46,978 bases of DNA. Source: Guillardia theta CCMP2712 (Eukaryota; Protista; Cryptophyta). Positions 12,468 through 24,400 of the stretch are shown piece by piece; the first letter of the stretch is position 1; each line of letters opens with the position of its first letter. A program made the position numbers and the translations under genes. The stretch spans positions 1 to 46,978 of the forward strand of contig NW_005434420.1 in NCBI RefSeq assembly GCF_000315625.1. The letters are read 5' to 3'. A model generated the notes under the pieces. The model worked only from the letters and a program-made list of their open reading frames with translations, ran no database searches and was not told where the DNA came from.

Positions 12468-15400
12468 ATGGTGAAGACTGCTTTCCAGAATTGGATCCAG
12501 GGGCCGCATGACCCTGAGAAACGAACGTTCATTAGCAGCCTCTTTCTGCGATTGATCGAATCAAGAGCATGGGAATATCTCTTCCTGTGCATCATTGTTT
12601 TCACCGCTACAATCAAATTCACAGACCTGCGAGACTCTCCCCCGGAGTGGAAAGCTAGTCTTCTTCAGATATCTCTGGTACAAAGTTTCCATGTGTGAAT
12701 TAGCTGGTAACGCTGTTTATGCGCAGTATGGTTGTTTGACCTACAGCATTGAATGGATCATAGAACTACTCACTCTGGGATCTTCGGAGTTTTTTAGCAG
12801 CGGCTGGTATCGAACGGACACCATTGTCAATGTGTTCAACTGGGGAAGCTATCTGGACTCAAACGGATATCTTCCGAGGATTCTCAGTCTGATTTTCCCG
12901 AATATCGCCTTCTTAAGGATCCTGCGCTTTCTGAAGCCTCTAGGACGAGTGAGACTGCTCTTTTCTTCCAAAGTTGTGGTCAAGACGGTTGCTGGAGCCA
13001 TGGCGTCAATGGGCCCTGTGCTTGCCTTGGTGTTCTTTCTTGTGCTTTTATTCGGAGTCGGAGGGATCTATTTGTTCGGAAAGGGTTTAGCCTTGTACTA
13101 TAGGTGTGGGCTTCCTCTGACAGCCGATCAATCCAAGTTCTTCTTCAATGAAAGCTCCTACCAGCCAGCCCCTGGATCTGATATCAACATCGCAAGCTGC
13201 GGGGTGAACCTAACACGCATTGACGAGTTTCAATCACAGTACAACGCATACTTGCGAGAGGCGTCAAGCACAGGTCAATCATTTGAGTTTGCAGACTTTG
13301 ACCTAGACGGAGCCGATGAGAGATACTGCATAGCCTTGACCCCTGAACGTCTTTGCGCTTGTGCCTCCCTCCCCAACGGTGAGAGTCCAGACGTTTGTGT
13401 GGACACGGCGAACTGCCGAGAGAATATTTGCTTTCGAGGAGATATCATTCCGGTCGATTCCTTGCATGGGTTCAACAATTTTGCAACTGCATCAATGACT
13501 GTGATAGCTGTCTTCTTTCAGAAGAATTGGTCCATGTTCATGGATGCCTGTGTCCAGACTTCGGGCCCTTTCTTCGGATATTTCTATTACATCTTTCTGG
13601 TTATCTTTGGAAGCTTTTGTCTCCTCAACCTCACTGTTGCAACTGTTGGGCAAACGTTTACAAGAGTGAAAAAGGAAGCTGAGAAGAAAAGAGCAGATAA
13701 AGATGCCGAGCAAGCACGAAAAGACAAGATTCAAGTATTTTCAGATGTTTGAAATTCTTGTTATACCGATGATCTAATCTGTTGATCTTTAGGCTGAAAG
13801 AGATGAAATGAAGAAAATGGCCAAGGCAAAAAGTGATGAAGAGGGCGGCGAGGAGGGGTCCGAGGTTTGACCATATCACCTACCCTGCATCGTTTGTTTA
13901 ACTCTTGCCAGGATGTGACATTGCAGTTCGACGAGAACACATTGTTTTATTGTTGGTTATTGGGACTTGTTGGACTCCCATTCATCCACCGCATCTACTT
14001 AAAGACATGGAAAGAGGGAAGGTGGTTTGTTCTCCGTATTGCTTCGTTCAACTTTCTTTTCTTGGGATGGGTCTCGGATTATTTTCTCCTCGAAAAATTG
14101 AATCAGCTCGCCTCTGTTGCCGAGATTGAATATATTGAAGAGAAAAAGATGAAGACTATTGAACATCTCGAAACCGAGAGAGGCAGAATCTGTGAGCTTG
14201 TTATATTTCTTTCGTTCTTCTTATCAATTCTTGATCTAACTTGCTTCTGCAGTGTCGTCCTTTACGGGAGGATGGAGATTGAAGCTCGCGATGGTTCTCT
14301 CATATCCCCTCAAGCGTCTTCCCCACCACACATCCCTGCAGTACTTGGACTCTCGTCTGAAAGCATTGAGGCAAACAAACGAGGAGGAAAACGTGTCAGA
14401 GGGAGAGGAAAGCTCGGAAGTTTCCGATGACGAGACAACTTCTGAAGCTGAGAGCGGCAAGGCAGCCACTGCAGCACAGGAGGGACAGAGCATTTTTGCC
14501 TGGATTGCCGATCTTGTTGTAGTGATCAATGCTGGCTCGATGGCTATGAGTGGCTTCAACGATAAATTGAACCCTATTCTGAACGGCGTGGGTTATTTTG
14601 CTTCTTTGTTCTTCATTGCTGAAGCCGTCGCCAAATCTATCTCATACGGGGGATGGAGGTAGAGAGTGAATTGTGTTCCTCATCCGCCTGCTCCTACAGC
14701 TGACATCGCTGGCAGCTACTACCTCCTGGATGGCGGAAATCGTTTTGACTTCACCCTTGTCTTGGTCCCGACGATCGGCGAAGTGACAACGGAGGGGTCG
14801 AGCTTTCTGGGGCTGGGGGCAGACTACATCTACCAGGCTCTCGCCCTCCAGGCCATGCGCGTCTTCCGAATCGCGAAGCTGACAAAGCACCTCACCGGGC
14901 TCAGGCGACTAACTGCCCGCGCGTTTGGCAGCCCCGCAGGAGTTGTGTACGCGCTACTTGTAACCATAGGGTTCATCTGCTTCTGCTCCTGTTTCGGCAA
15001 CGAGCTCTTTCGCTCCAGTGTGGTGAAACCCATCCTTTGACTCGAGCTTCTTTGACGCCCAGCAGGAATTTGCGGTGGCTCGGAATGACTTCCAGTACTT
15101 CCTTGGAGCGATGAAGTGCTTGCTAGAGTTCCTCCTGGGCGATCGCTACATGCAGTCCCTTGACATCGCCTACCAGTCGAAGGATGTCATCGGTAAGGAG
15201 AACAAGAAGTTGAGGGGGGGGCTCGTGACGTAATGACAGGGGTTCTCTTCTTCCTTGGTTACTACTACGTCGCAAACTTTCTTGTGCTTCGTATGTAAGT
15301 AGCTTGACCCTTACGACGCGTGGAACTTGATGATAACGAAATGACAAGTTACCGTTCAGGTTCATAGCTCTTATCCTTGAAAACTTTGAGTTCGACGAAG

Positions 15401-18400
15401 ATAAGAAGATCAGCATTCAGATTCAGCTGTTTCAGAAGCAACAAATCCTCATGAACGACCTCATCGACGGCAGGTTACTTCTGGCCTTCCTTGCTCCTTG
15501 TCTCCATCTCTCATCGCCTCCTGCTCCTTGGCTCACCTTCCCCGCAGTGCGAGAGGCTTCAGCATCCAAGAGCAGTTTGCTCGCCTTCGCAAGCAGAATT
15601 TGGACGAGGATCATCTGAGTGTGTTCCAGCAGAAATGGTCCCAGGTGGTGAAGGACAGGGGTGAGTGAACACGCTGCTGCCTCTTTCCCCTCTACCTCTA
15701 TGTTTATTTCCGTCTCTCTTGCGCCTTATCAGCCAATCATCTTCTGCTGATTTTCTAGTTCCTCTGTATCGTGCCATTCATACACACACTCATCGTCTGA
15801 ATATCGCCTTGATCTCAATCGTTGCCATCGCAGCCACCAACATGCAAAGGGCTGTTTTGCATTGACGATAATTGCTTATCCGCTGATGTTTGTGCTTATT
15901 CGCTGATGTTTGTGCTTATCCGCTGAAGATTGTGCTGCCTTGCAAAGTGACAGCGTCCTCGTGCAGCTGCAGAAGTGAGCAAGGACGACGCGGGAGGAGG
16001 AGAAGAGAGTTACTTGTGGAACATTCTCATCAGTGCAAATGAAAGAAAGGAGCAGGGGTTGAGAAAGGAGAAGACAGAATCAGAGGGACTGATCAAGATT
16101 CTGATCAAGTTGATTATGGTGATCCTTCATCTCTTTGCCGATGAAGCTGACTTCGCAATTTCTTCTCTTTATACCATCTTGAACCAACCCCCGTCCTCGT
16201 TCATGTCCTCGTCCTTGTTCTTGTTCTCATCTTCATGTTCCTCCTCCTCTTGTTGTCTCTTTCTCTTCGTGTCCAGATGGCACGCAAGCTCTCCTACACT
16301 TTGGTCGAGAACCAGAAGTTTGACCTTCTTGTTCTCTTCGCCGTCATCTTCTCGGTGGTGTTGGTGCAGGTGGACACGAGCGACAACCCGATCTTCACAG
16401 ACGAGGTTCGACTGACGATCGACATCAGCCTGCTCTGCTTCTTCACCTTTGAGACCAGCCTCAAGATCTTCACCTATGGCTTTCTCACTCCTACAGGAGT
16501 CTCCCCGAAGAGCATCGAGTACCCGCAGGGCAAGCCCGCCTTCTTCTCCAACACGGAGGACGGAGGATGGAACCTTCTCGACGCCGGGGTCGTCATCCTC
16601 ATGATACTCGACGTGCTCCCCCTCAGCTTCAGCGTCGGAGGCTTCAAGTGCATCCGAATCGTCAGGATCGTCCGGCCGCTGCAAAAGCGAAGTCAGACAG
16701 TGAAGGGGCTCATGGCGGCGCTGATCGCGAGCATCGGGTCGATCTTCCACGTTATCAACCTTCTTCTTCTCCTCATACTCATCTTCGGCCTCATGGGCGT
16801 CTCGCTCTTCCGCGGCAGGCTCAACGTCTGCAACGATGAGGCCGTCTCCCACTCTCGCGACTGCATCGGCGTCAACTACGGCGGCATTCCTGATGTCCCT
16901 TGCCGCGGGTATGTCGATCGGATCTGCCAGCAGGAGCTGGGCAGGTTCATCGGTCAACAAGTTCTTGTCCCCCGTGTCTGGTCCCCCCCCTCTGAGAACT
17001 TCGACAACCTGGCGGTCGCCAGCATCACTCTCCTCCGCCTCTCTGCGCAGGACAACCTGCGGTCCATCTTTCACAGCCTCATGGACATGGCGCGCTACTA
17101 CCAGGTTGTGTGCAGCGGGGACGGGGAGGACGGAGAGAACGGTTGTCCAGCAGGACAGAACCAGTACATCGTCGCATCTCAGTCGCAAGCAGACACAGCG
17201 CCGGAGAACATCCTCTTCCCCCTGTGAGCTGCCTTCCCTGCTGTTGTCCAGCTGACTGACATGCCTTCAGGTTCTACATCTTCATCGCCAACATCTTCAT
17301 CAGTCAGCTCGTGATCGGCGTGCTTATTGACAACATCAGGAGGCAGACTGGCTCCGCCCTCTTCACTGAGCAGCAGCGCATCTGGCGAGCGACGCTCATC
17401 ACTATGGATCGGCTCAAGAAGAAGTTCAAACCTCAGATCCCCGAGCAGCCGCTGCGCAAGTGGCTCTACCTGGTGCTAGAGTCGGAGACCTACAACATCT
17501 TCATCATGTCCGTCATCATCCTCAATACCCTCTGGATGGCCACAGAGCATGAACGTGAGCCTTGAAGGCCCTGCAGCTCTGCTCCAGCTGACCCTCCTTT
17601 GATTTCAGCTCATCCAGCTTTGTACAGCACGATTCAGAACTATGTCGATCCTGTTTTCATCGTCATCTACGTCGGTACGGCAAGAGCTTTGTGGCTTCTT
17701 GTTGCGCTTCATCTCGCTTCTGCCTTCAAATGCGCTCTGTTCTTTTTCCTCTCCTTACTGGTCAAACTCCCTTGCCTTTTGCCCTTATCCTTGTCTTTAT
17801 CTTTGTTGTCTTTTCCATTGCATATTCTTTTTCGATCAACATTTCGTCTTCTTTCTCACGCATGCTGACAGGGGAGACGATAGCGAAGATGACGGCATAT
17901 GGTCTGATCTCTTGGTCGGAAGAATCCCCTGCGGAGGAGCAGGAGGAAGAAAAAGAGCCCACCTCCTCCTCTTCTTTCTTCTCCTGTTTCAAGAGATACA
18001 AGAGCCCTTACTTCGGAGATGTACGCACAACTTTCTTCCTCCTTTACCTGTGGATGTTGTCATTCTCCTGTCTTCATTGTCATTTCGTTGCTCCCACTTC
18101 TCTAATTTCCTTTTGTATTTCTGTTTCTACTTCTATTCCTATCTCCATTTCTACATCTACATCTACTTCTACTTCTACTGCAACTTCTACTTCTACTTCT
18201 ACTTCTACTTCTACTTCTACTTCTACTTCTACTTCTACTTCTACTTCTCACTTCCTCATCGAGTTCACCTGACCTTTTCCTTATTGCAGGCCTGGAATTT
18301 CTTTGATTTTTTCGTGGTTGCTATGAGCGTGTTAGATTCTTCGGGCATCATCAGTGGTCTTAGCTTCCTCAAGCTCCTCCGAGTTCTCCGCGTCTTCCGT

Positions 18401-21280
18401 CTCGTTCGCCGCGTGAAAACTCTCCAGGTAGATGAGACCTGTACACCCTTTTCCTCGCCTCCTCTCCTCCTTTCCTCCTCTCTTCTCCCAATCTGTCCTT
18501 CACTTCCTCTCCCTTGTATCTTCTGCTCTGCTCTGCTCTGCTTCCCTTCTCTCTATGTCTCGCCTTCTGAGCAAGAGGCAGGTGATGATCACGACGCTGC
18601 TGGGAGCGATCAACGCAATCCTCGCAGCTCTTCTGTTTCTCAGCATCTGGATCTTTATCTTTGCGGCGGTGGGGTCAGACAATCAGATGTTCAATGACCT
18701 CCGGCATGGCCTCGTCATCGACTCTCGCTGGAACTTCCACACTCTCTTCAACGCCGTCCTCCTCCTCTTCCGCACGGCGACTGGGGACGGATGGTTCGAC
18801 CTCCTTTATGATGCTTCTGTCCGCCCGCCCTACTGCACGGCCTCGTCGCCGGAAGTGCCGGTGGGAGACTGCGGGCGAGGGATCATAGGGTACATCTACT
18901 TCATCATCTTCTACTTCGGATGCAACTATATCTTCCTGCCTCTCTTCGTCGCCACTCTCATTGACTACTTCTTCGAGGTGAACGTGTGGAAAGGGAGAGG
19001 GGAAGAGGAGGGAAGGGAGGGGAGGGTGAGGGGAGGGAGGGGGGAGGAGAGTTGAAGTGCTGAAGGCTGGCGGCAGGCGGAGGTTGAGAGTCAGTCGCTG
19101 TTCAACGGGGATGACTGCGAGACATACGCCAACGTCTGGTCGGAGTTTGACGAGGAGGGTGACGGAAGAATTTCAATCGAGAACCTCCGACCCCTCGTCG
19201 ACAGACTCGGTAAGATCCAATTTATCTTCTTTTTATTCAACCAGCCAAAGAACATTTCAAGTTTAGTTGCCTCGGTTTCAACGATTAGACAGATTTTGAA
19301 AAAGATAGTGGAGTTCAGGATCTTAGCTGGAAAGATATTCCAAGTTGAGTGGGGAGCAATGAAATTATGGGGAGAAACTTCAAATTCTGAGCTGACTTTC
19401 CAACGTGTTTGACAGCTGTCAATGGGCATCCAGCAGGCTTCAGAGTCTCGTCGGACCTCGAGCGGTTCAAGATGATCTGGTCAAGGGTCATGACCGACCC
19501 CAGCACGTTCCCACTTGACGGGCTGCGGGTGCCTGATGAAGTCAGCAAGGAGATCGGGCTGACAGTCATCACTAGGTAACCTTGAGCTGCCTTCCTCTCA
19601 TGCTGCCGTCCCCTGCCCTCCTCAGGCTCTTTCCATCACTTCTTCGATGCTTCCTCAGGATCCTTCCTCTTGCTTTCCTCTGCCGAACGTTTGTGTCCCC
19701 GTGCATGCTCCGTTGTCTTTGGCGTGTCTCCCCGTCCCTTGTCCTCGTCTGACATCTCATCTCAGAGACAACATGGTCAAAGCGTTCGGGAGCGGGAAGA
19801 GAGCTCTACGGATCCGCGAGTTTCTTTACAGCAAATTCCCGGAGATCAAGAACAACGAGGTTGAATTCAAGTATGCCGCTAAGGTGAGAGGAAGAAGAAG
19901 GGAACGGAAAGATATGATGAAGGAGATGTAGATAAACGGGAGAGCAGAGCAGAGCAGAGCAGAGCAGAGCAGAGCAGAGCAGAGCAGAGCAGAGCAGAGC
20001 AGAGCAAATGATTCTGAGCACAGGTTCTCTGCATCTTCATGGACGGCATTCGCGCGCCCATCACGATTGCAGATCTTGTAAACCAGGGAGCGTCCAAGCA
20101 AATTCTAGTGGCGCTGCAAGGAGACGCAGTGATACGGGGAAGAGATGGGAAGGAGAACGATCGTTGGCTGCCGCTCGGAGTTCACAATCAGCTGACGAAC
20201 AAGCTGGCGGATGGGGTGCCTAAGGGATCGAAGAAGAAGAAGATGCCTGGGAAGGAGGAGCTGCCAAACATCATGAAGGCAGTGAAACTGGTTCTCTTCA
20301 TTTCCTTCTCCTCTCCTCCATCCCCTCCTGTCATCGTCTCTGTATACTTCATGTTCCTTTCCACTGCTGATGATCTTCCTCTATTTGTTTCCTCTTCCTC
20401 TTCCTCCTCCTCCTCCTTATGTGACGTTTTGTTGCAATCAGGTACAACTTGAGCTCAGGCCTCCAGTGCTGGACCCGGACGAGCCTCCTCCGATGCCAAC
20501 AGCGCAGAAGGTCGGGGAGCTGATGGGAAAGATCCGCTTCATGAAGGATTCTTACGAGGATGTGCGTCCTGCTTCTCTTCCTTGCCTGCCCCTGACACTC
20601 TCGCTAGATTGTCGACCGGCTGATCGATGAGGTTCTCTGGGGGAAAGAGGAGGAGGAGGAGGCGCAGGAGTCTGTCATCAGCATCCTCCTTGGCGAGATC
20701 ATGGTGCTGTCTGTTCATCAGTTTGCGCAGGAAACATCATCCAAGGTGAGTCGCCTGCTCGACTTGTACCTGAGTGTCTAATCCTTGCCAAGATCTGGAC
20801 GCAGATAAAGCCAAGGGAGACCAACAAGGCTCTCTTTCGCTTCACACAGGCAGCGAGTGAGTCTCCTCCCTCCTCCTTGCTCTCCCCATCCCTGACCTCT
20901 CCTCAGAGTCGAAGATGCAACAAGGCATCGCGGCCGCAGTCAAGTCTGTGCCCCGCGGCTGGCTCAATGCGAAGAGGTCGCGGCCGGCGCTGAGGAGGAT
21001 GAAGCCCACGGAGGAGACGAGGGACCACACGCAAGAAACCGTCCTCTCCCTTGCCCTCAAGGCCCCCGCCGCTCCTGCTCGCCCTGCTCGCTCCTCCAGC
21101 CGGTACAAAGTCTCACCTCCTCTGCGCCAAGCGATCCGGAAGGGCAAAGTGAACTCGACGTGGAAGACTATGTTTCGAGGAAACTTCGGAGGAGGAGGGG
21201 CGGAAGGCGAGGGCGACTGGAAGACAGAATACAGCAAGAGGTTGGAAGGACTGAGGCGATGGACAGGCATAGAAGTATGA
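12468..21280 (+). CDS. Four-domain (4x6TM) voltage-gated cation channel alpha subunit, Nav/Cav/NALCN superfamily, many exons
   Basis: Four S4 segments: LRILRFLKPLGRVR, MRVFRIAKLTK, FKCIRIVRIVRPLQKR, LKLLRVLRVFRLVRRVK. S3 motifs WYRTD, GNRFDF, WNLLD, WNFFDF. Four P-loops: FNNF...FFQKNW, FQYF...LLGDRY, FDNL...SAQDNL, FHTL...ATGDGW. S6 ends LLNLTVATV, FIALILENF, VIGVLIDNI, LFVATLIDYF. III-IV linker GSALFTEQQRIW. EF-like C-terminal YANVWSEFDEEGDGRISIENL. Final exon ends IEV* at 21280. Confidence 0.93.
15873..15937. repeat. Intronic 20-bp tandem repeat x ~3
   Basis: tgcttatccgctgatgtttg units inside the channel gene. Confidence 0.75.
18165..18249. repeat. (TTCTAC)n microsatellite in channel intron
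   Basis: Directly visible hexamer array. Confidence 0.9.
19941..20005. repeat. (AGAGC)n microsatellite in channel intron
   Basis: About 13 pentamer copies. Confidence 0.92.
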
Positions 21281-21464
21281 CAACGAAGAGGATTAGGAAA
21301 AGGTCTGAAATGTCTGTATCATGTGTTGAGAACGAATTAAGTTAAGTTGTGATCATACCAAAATTACAACAGGAAAAATCAAAAACAAAACCACACCTCA
21401 ATTCAAGGCAACAAGACTCTAGGACATGATTCAGAGCCAGGCAAGGGGAACAACGTTGATCATC

Positions 21465-24400
21465 TCAAGTGGCAACAGAGATGCTCGCTTTATCCCCCTC
21501 GGCCTCTCCTGCCTGCTCCAACCTGTAGCTCTCCATCGTCTCAGACCTTCGCAGCTTCAGCATGCGCTGCATCTGAACGTAGCAGGGGAACGTCCTCACA
21601 TCATGCACCTGAACCTCCCCGATGATGTTCATCCCCCTTGGCCCTCGCAGCAGCATCGATACCATCAACACCCTCAACCCGCCCCCATCCACCTCTCCCT
21701 GCACCTCCTCCTCCTCCTCCTCTCCCTTCTCCTCCTTCCTCCTTGCCCTCACAAATTTGTTCCTGATCCTGCACACTGACAGGGGCTCACTGCTGTCAGC
21801 CGCCCGCAGCCACTGGAGGACTTGAAGCATCTTGCTCGGCCCGCGGCAGACGACGGAGAGTCGAACGGGGTCGACGATGTTGGCAGCAAGAGGCCACGCG
21901 GCCTCCGGTCGGCAGGCAGGAGCGACAAACGAGGCCGATGCCAGACGAGAGATGGCTGCGACGTTGACGGAACGAGCAGCATGAGAAACGTCGGACAGAG
22001 CTGGAGAAGTCGCAAGAGCAGGAGGAGCGTTGTCAACATCATCAGCAGCAGCAGCAGGAGCAGCAGCAGGAGGACCACTAGCAGGAGCAGGAGGAGCGAA
22101 CTCTTTCAGCTTCTCTCTCATGCGGTGCTGAGACTTGACCCGTGCATAGCGGACGGTGACGTCATCCTCCTCGCCCTCGAAGCGGCAGCGAAGAGTCACT
22201 TCCTCCCCTCCTGCATGTTGCACTACGAGACCGGTGGAGTGAGGCAGCAGCAGCAGCAGCAAAGACTCGCGGAAAGTCTCCGCCAGTGTTGTCGCCTTGG
22301 CATGGAGCTGCGCAACAAAAACATGCTCGGGAAGACACTGACAGGAGCGAGTGAACAAGGCTCGCGCCTCCTTCACATCCTCCTCGCTGACTCTGATCGC
22401 CTGCACCTGAATTCATGTGAGAGGTGAAATAGCAACTACATGCAGGAGCAGGGAGGGATAAGGAGAGCGATCAAGAAGGATCTCTCAGGATACACGTGCG
22501 CTGAAGAATCTCCAAGGATACATGTGAGCTGAAGGATCTCTAGGGGATAAATGTGAGCTGTTCTTACTCTCGCATCGTCTTGTCGTAGAGGAGTCTCTGG
22601 TATTTGATCCACGTTTCTCAACCCTTCCATGAAAGACGAAGAATACGAACTCCATGGATCGCTACTGCCAGAATAACAGGTTATCTCCACAATGATATCC
22701 TTACTCATAGGCTCAATTATCATAACCATCATCATCTCCATCACCATCGTCACTGTCATGATTTCCATCATCATCTCCATCATCATCATATTCATTATCA
22801 TTGTGCTCTCTGTCAACAATGCAACGTCAAAATTTCCGCATCACCTTGGTGCATTTTCATTTAGTTTCAAGGAATCTTCGGCATCTGCGAGCTCCAGCAG
22901 CAATTCGCCTCCAGGCTCCTTCAGGATGGCCTGGCACTGCGCCTCTGAGACTTTGCGCAGCTTTCGGCATATCTCAGCCACAAGGTTCTTGAGCTTCACA
23001 AACAAAGTGACGTCATCATTCCAGATGCTCAATCTCGGCATCTTGTCCTCAAAGAATCGATATCTCTCCTCCTGATTCATGTCAACGAGCAAGACGCTGA
23101 TATGCTGGGCCCTATCTAGGTTCTCCACCAATGCATGCTGACTTCCGGACATGTGGTTTGACATCTCCTTCAAAGGGGAAGAAAAGTCCAAATTGTACTC
23201 GAGAAGCTGCTGGCAGAGCTCGAGGATCCAGTTACAGAGGCTCATGTACTGGATGGAGAAGAGATGACTAGTGGAGTCTTTGTCCTGAATGCGAGCGAGG
23301 GAGTAGCAGAAGCTGTCGAAGAAAGTCTCGTCGAATTCTCGCTTCATCATGGCAAGGCGAGCTGCGGACTCCATCGACTGCTTGTCTATGAGGACGAGCT
23401 TCTCCCTATCCGCCCACATGTCTGCTTTCTCTGTGTTGAGCAAGAACCCCTCCTTGCGAGTGATGTGCAGGCGAGCGCGAAGAGATTTGACCATCTTTGC
23501 GAGCTTCTTCTCCTCTGCAGACGACGAGGATCTCGTGAAGAATCTTGTGAGTTGACCAACGAGGAGCAGCAGCACAAAGATGGGGACGAGAATGACCACC
23601 AGTACGACGTCCAGGCTCCAGCATCCTCCGTTCAAATCAACCTTGCCGCCGCTGCACACGGTGCAGTCCGACTCTTGCGTGTGACCCTGGCCGTCAGTCA
23701 CATACCCACCTCGGCATTTGATCGGCGAGCTCGACTTTGCGGGGCAAAAGGAGTCGATGGGGCAGAGCTGGGAGCCCTCAGTTCCTCCGACACAAAACGA
23801 ACCAGCCGGGCATGGCGAACAGAAGGAGAGGGTAGGATCAGCAAGCATGCCTGGCGGGCAGATAGCTGGGATCCAATGCTTCCAGGTGTCCATGTTAGTC
23901 TGCACCCATTGGCAAGCGACATTGAACATAGCGTCATAGACCTTGTCGCCTCGCGACTTCGCCAACGCACTTGCCCCCATCATCGCGTCCATATCTTGAG
24001 TGTAGAAGTTGAAACGAGAACCGAGAAATGCAACATGGCCGTCGGTCGCCGCCATGTACCTCCAGCAGTAATTCCTCGGCTTGACATTGGATAGACTTGT
24101 TCGGAAGAAACTCTGCGATTGCTCTAGAGTGTTGGGGTCAGGGCACTTGAGCAAGACGGGATACTTGTCAGACAAGCCCAGCAGGTTGTCATCTGGCTTG
24201 TACCATCCGAACATGAGCTTTGTAGACCTGATCGTGCGATAGTAGACATCGTCAAAGGCCGGCGTGCCGTCTCTCACCTTCAGTAGTGCGACTGGGAAAT
24301 TCAAAAAGTACGACAGCTGGAAAACAACGTGGTACTCGTACTGGACAATCAAAGGAATGCACTTGGAGTTGTTTGCCAGCCGTCTGCAAGCAGGCGACAG

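Noticed and set aside
16169-17188. 339-aa minus-strand ORF
   Set aside because: Antisense shadow of the GC3-rich channel domain III exon.
23264-24094. 276-aa plus-strand ORF
   Set aside because: Antisense shadow of the receptor exon.
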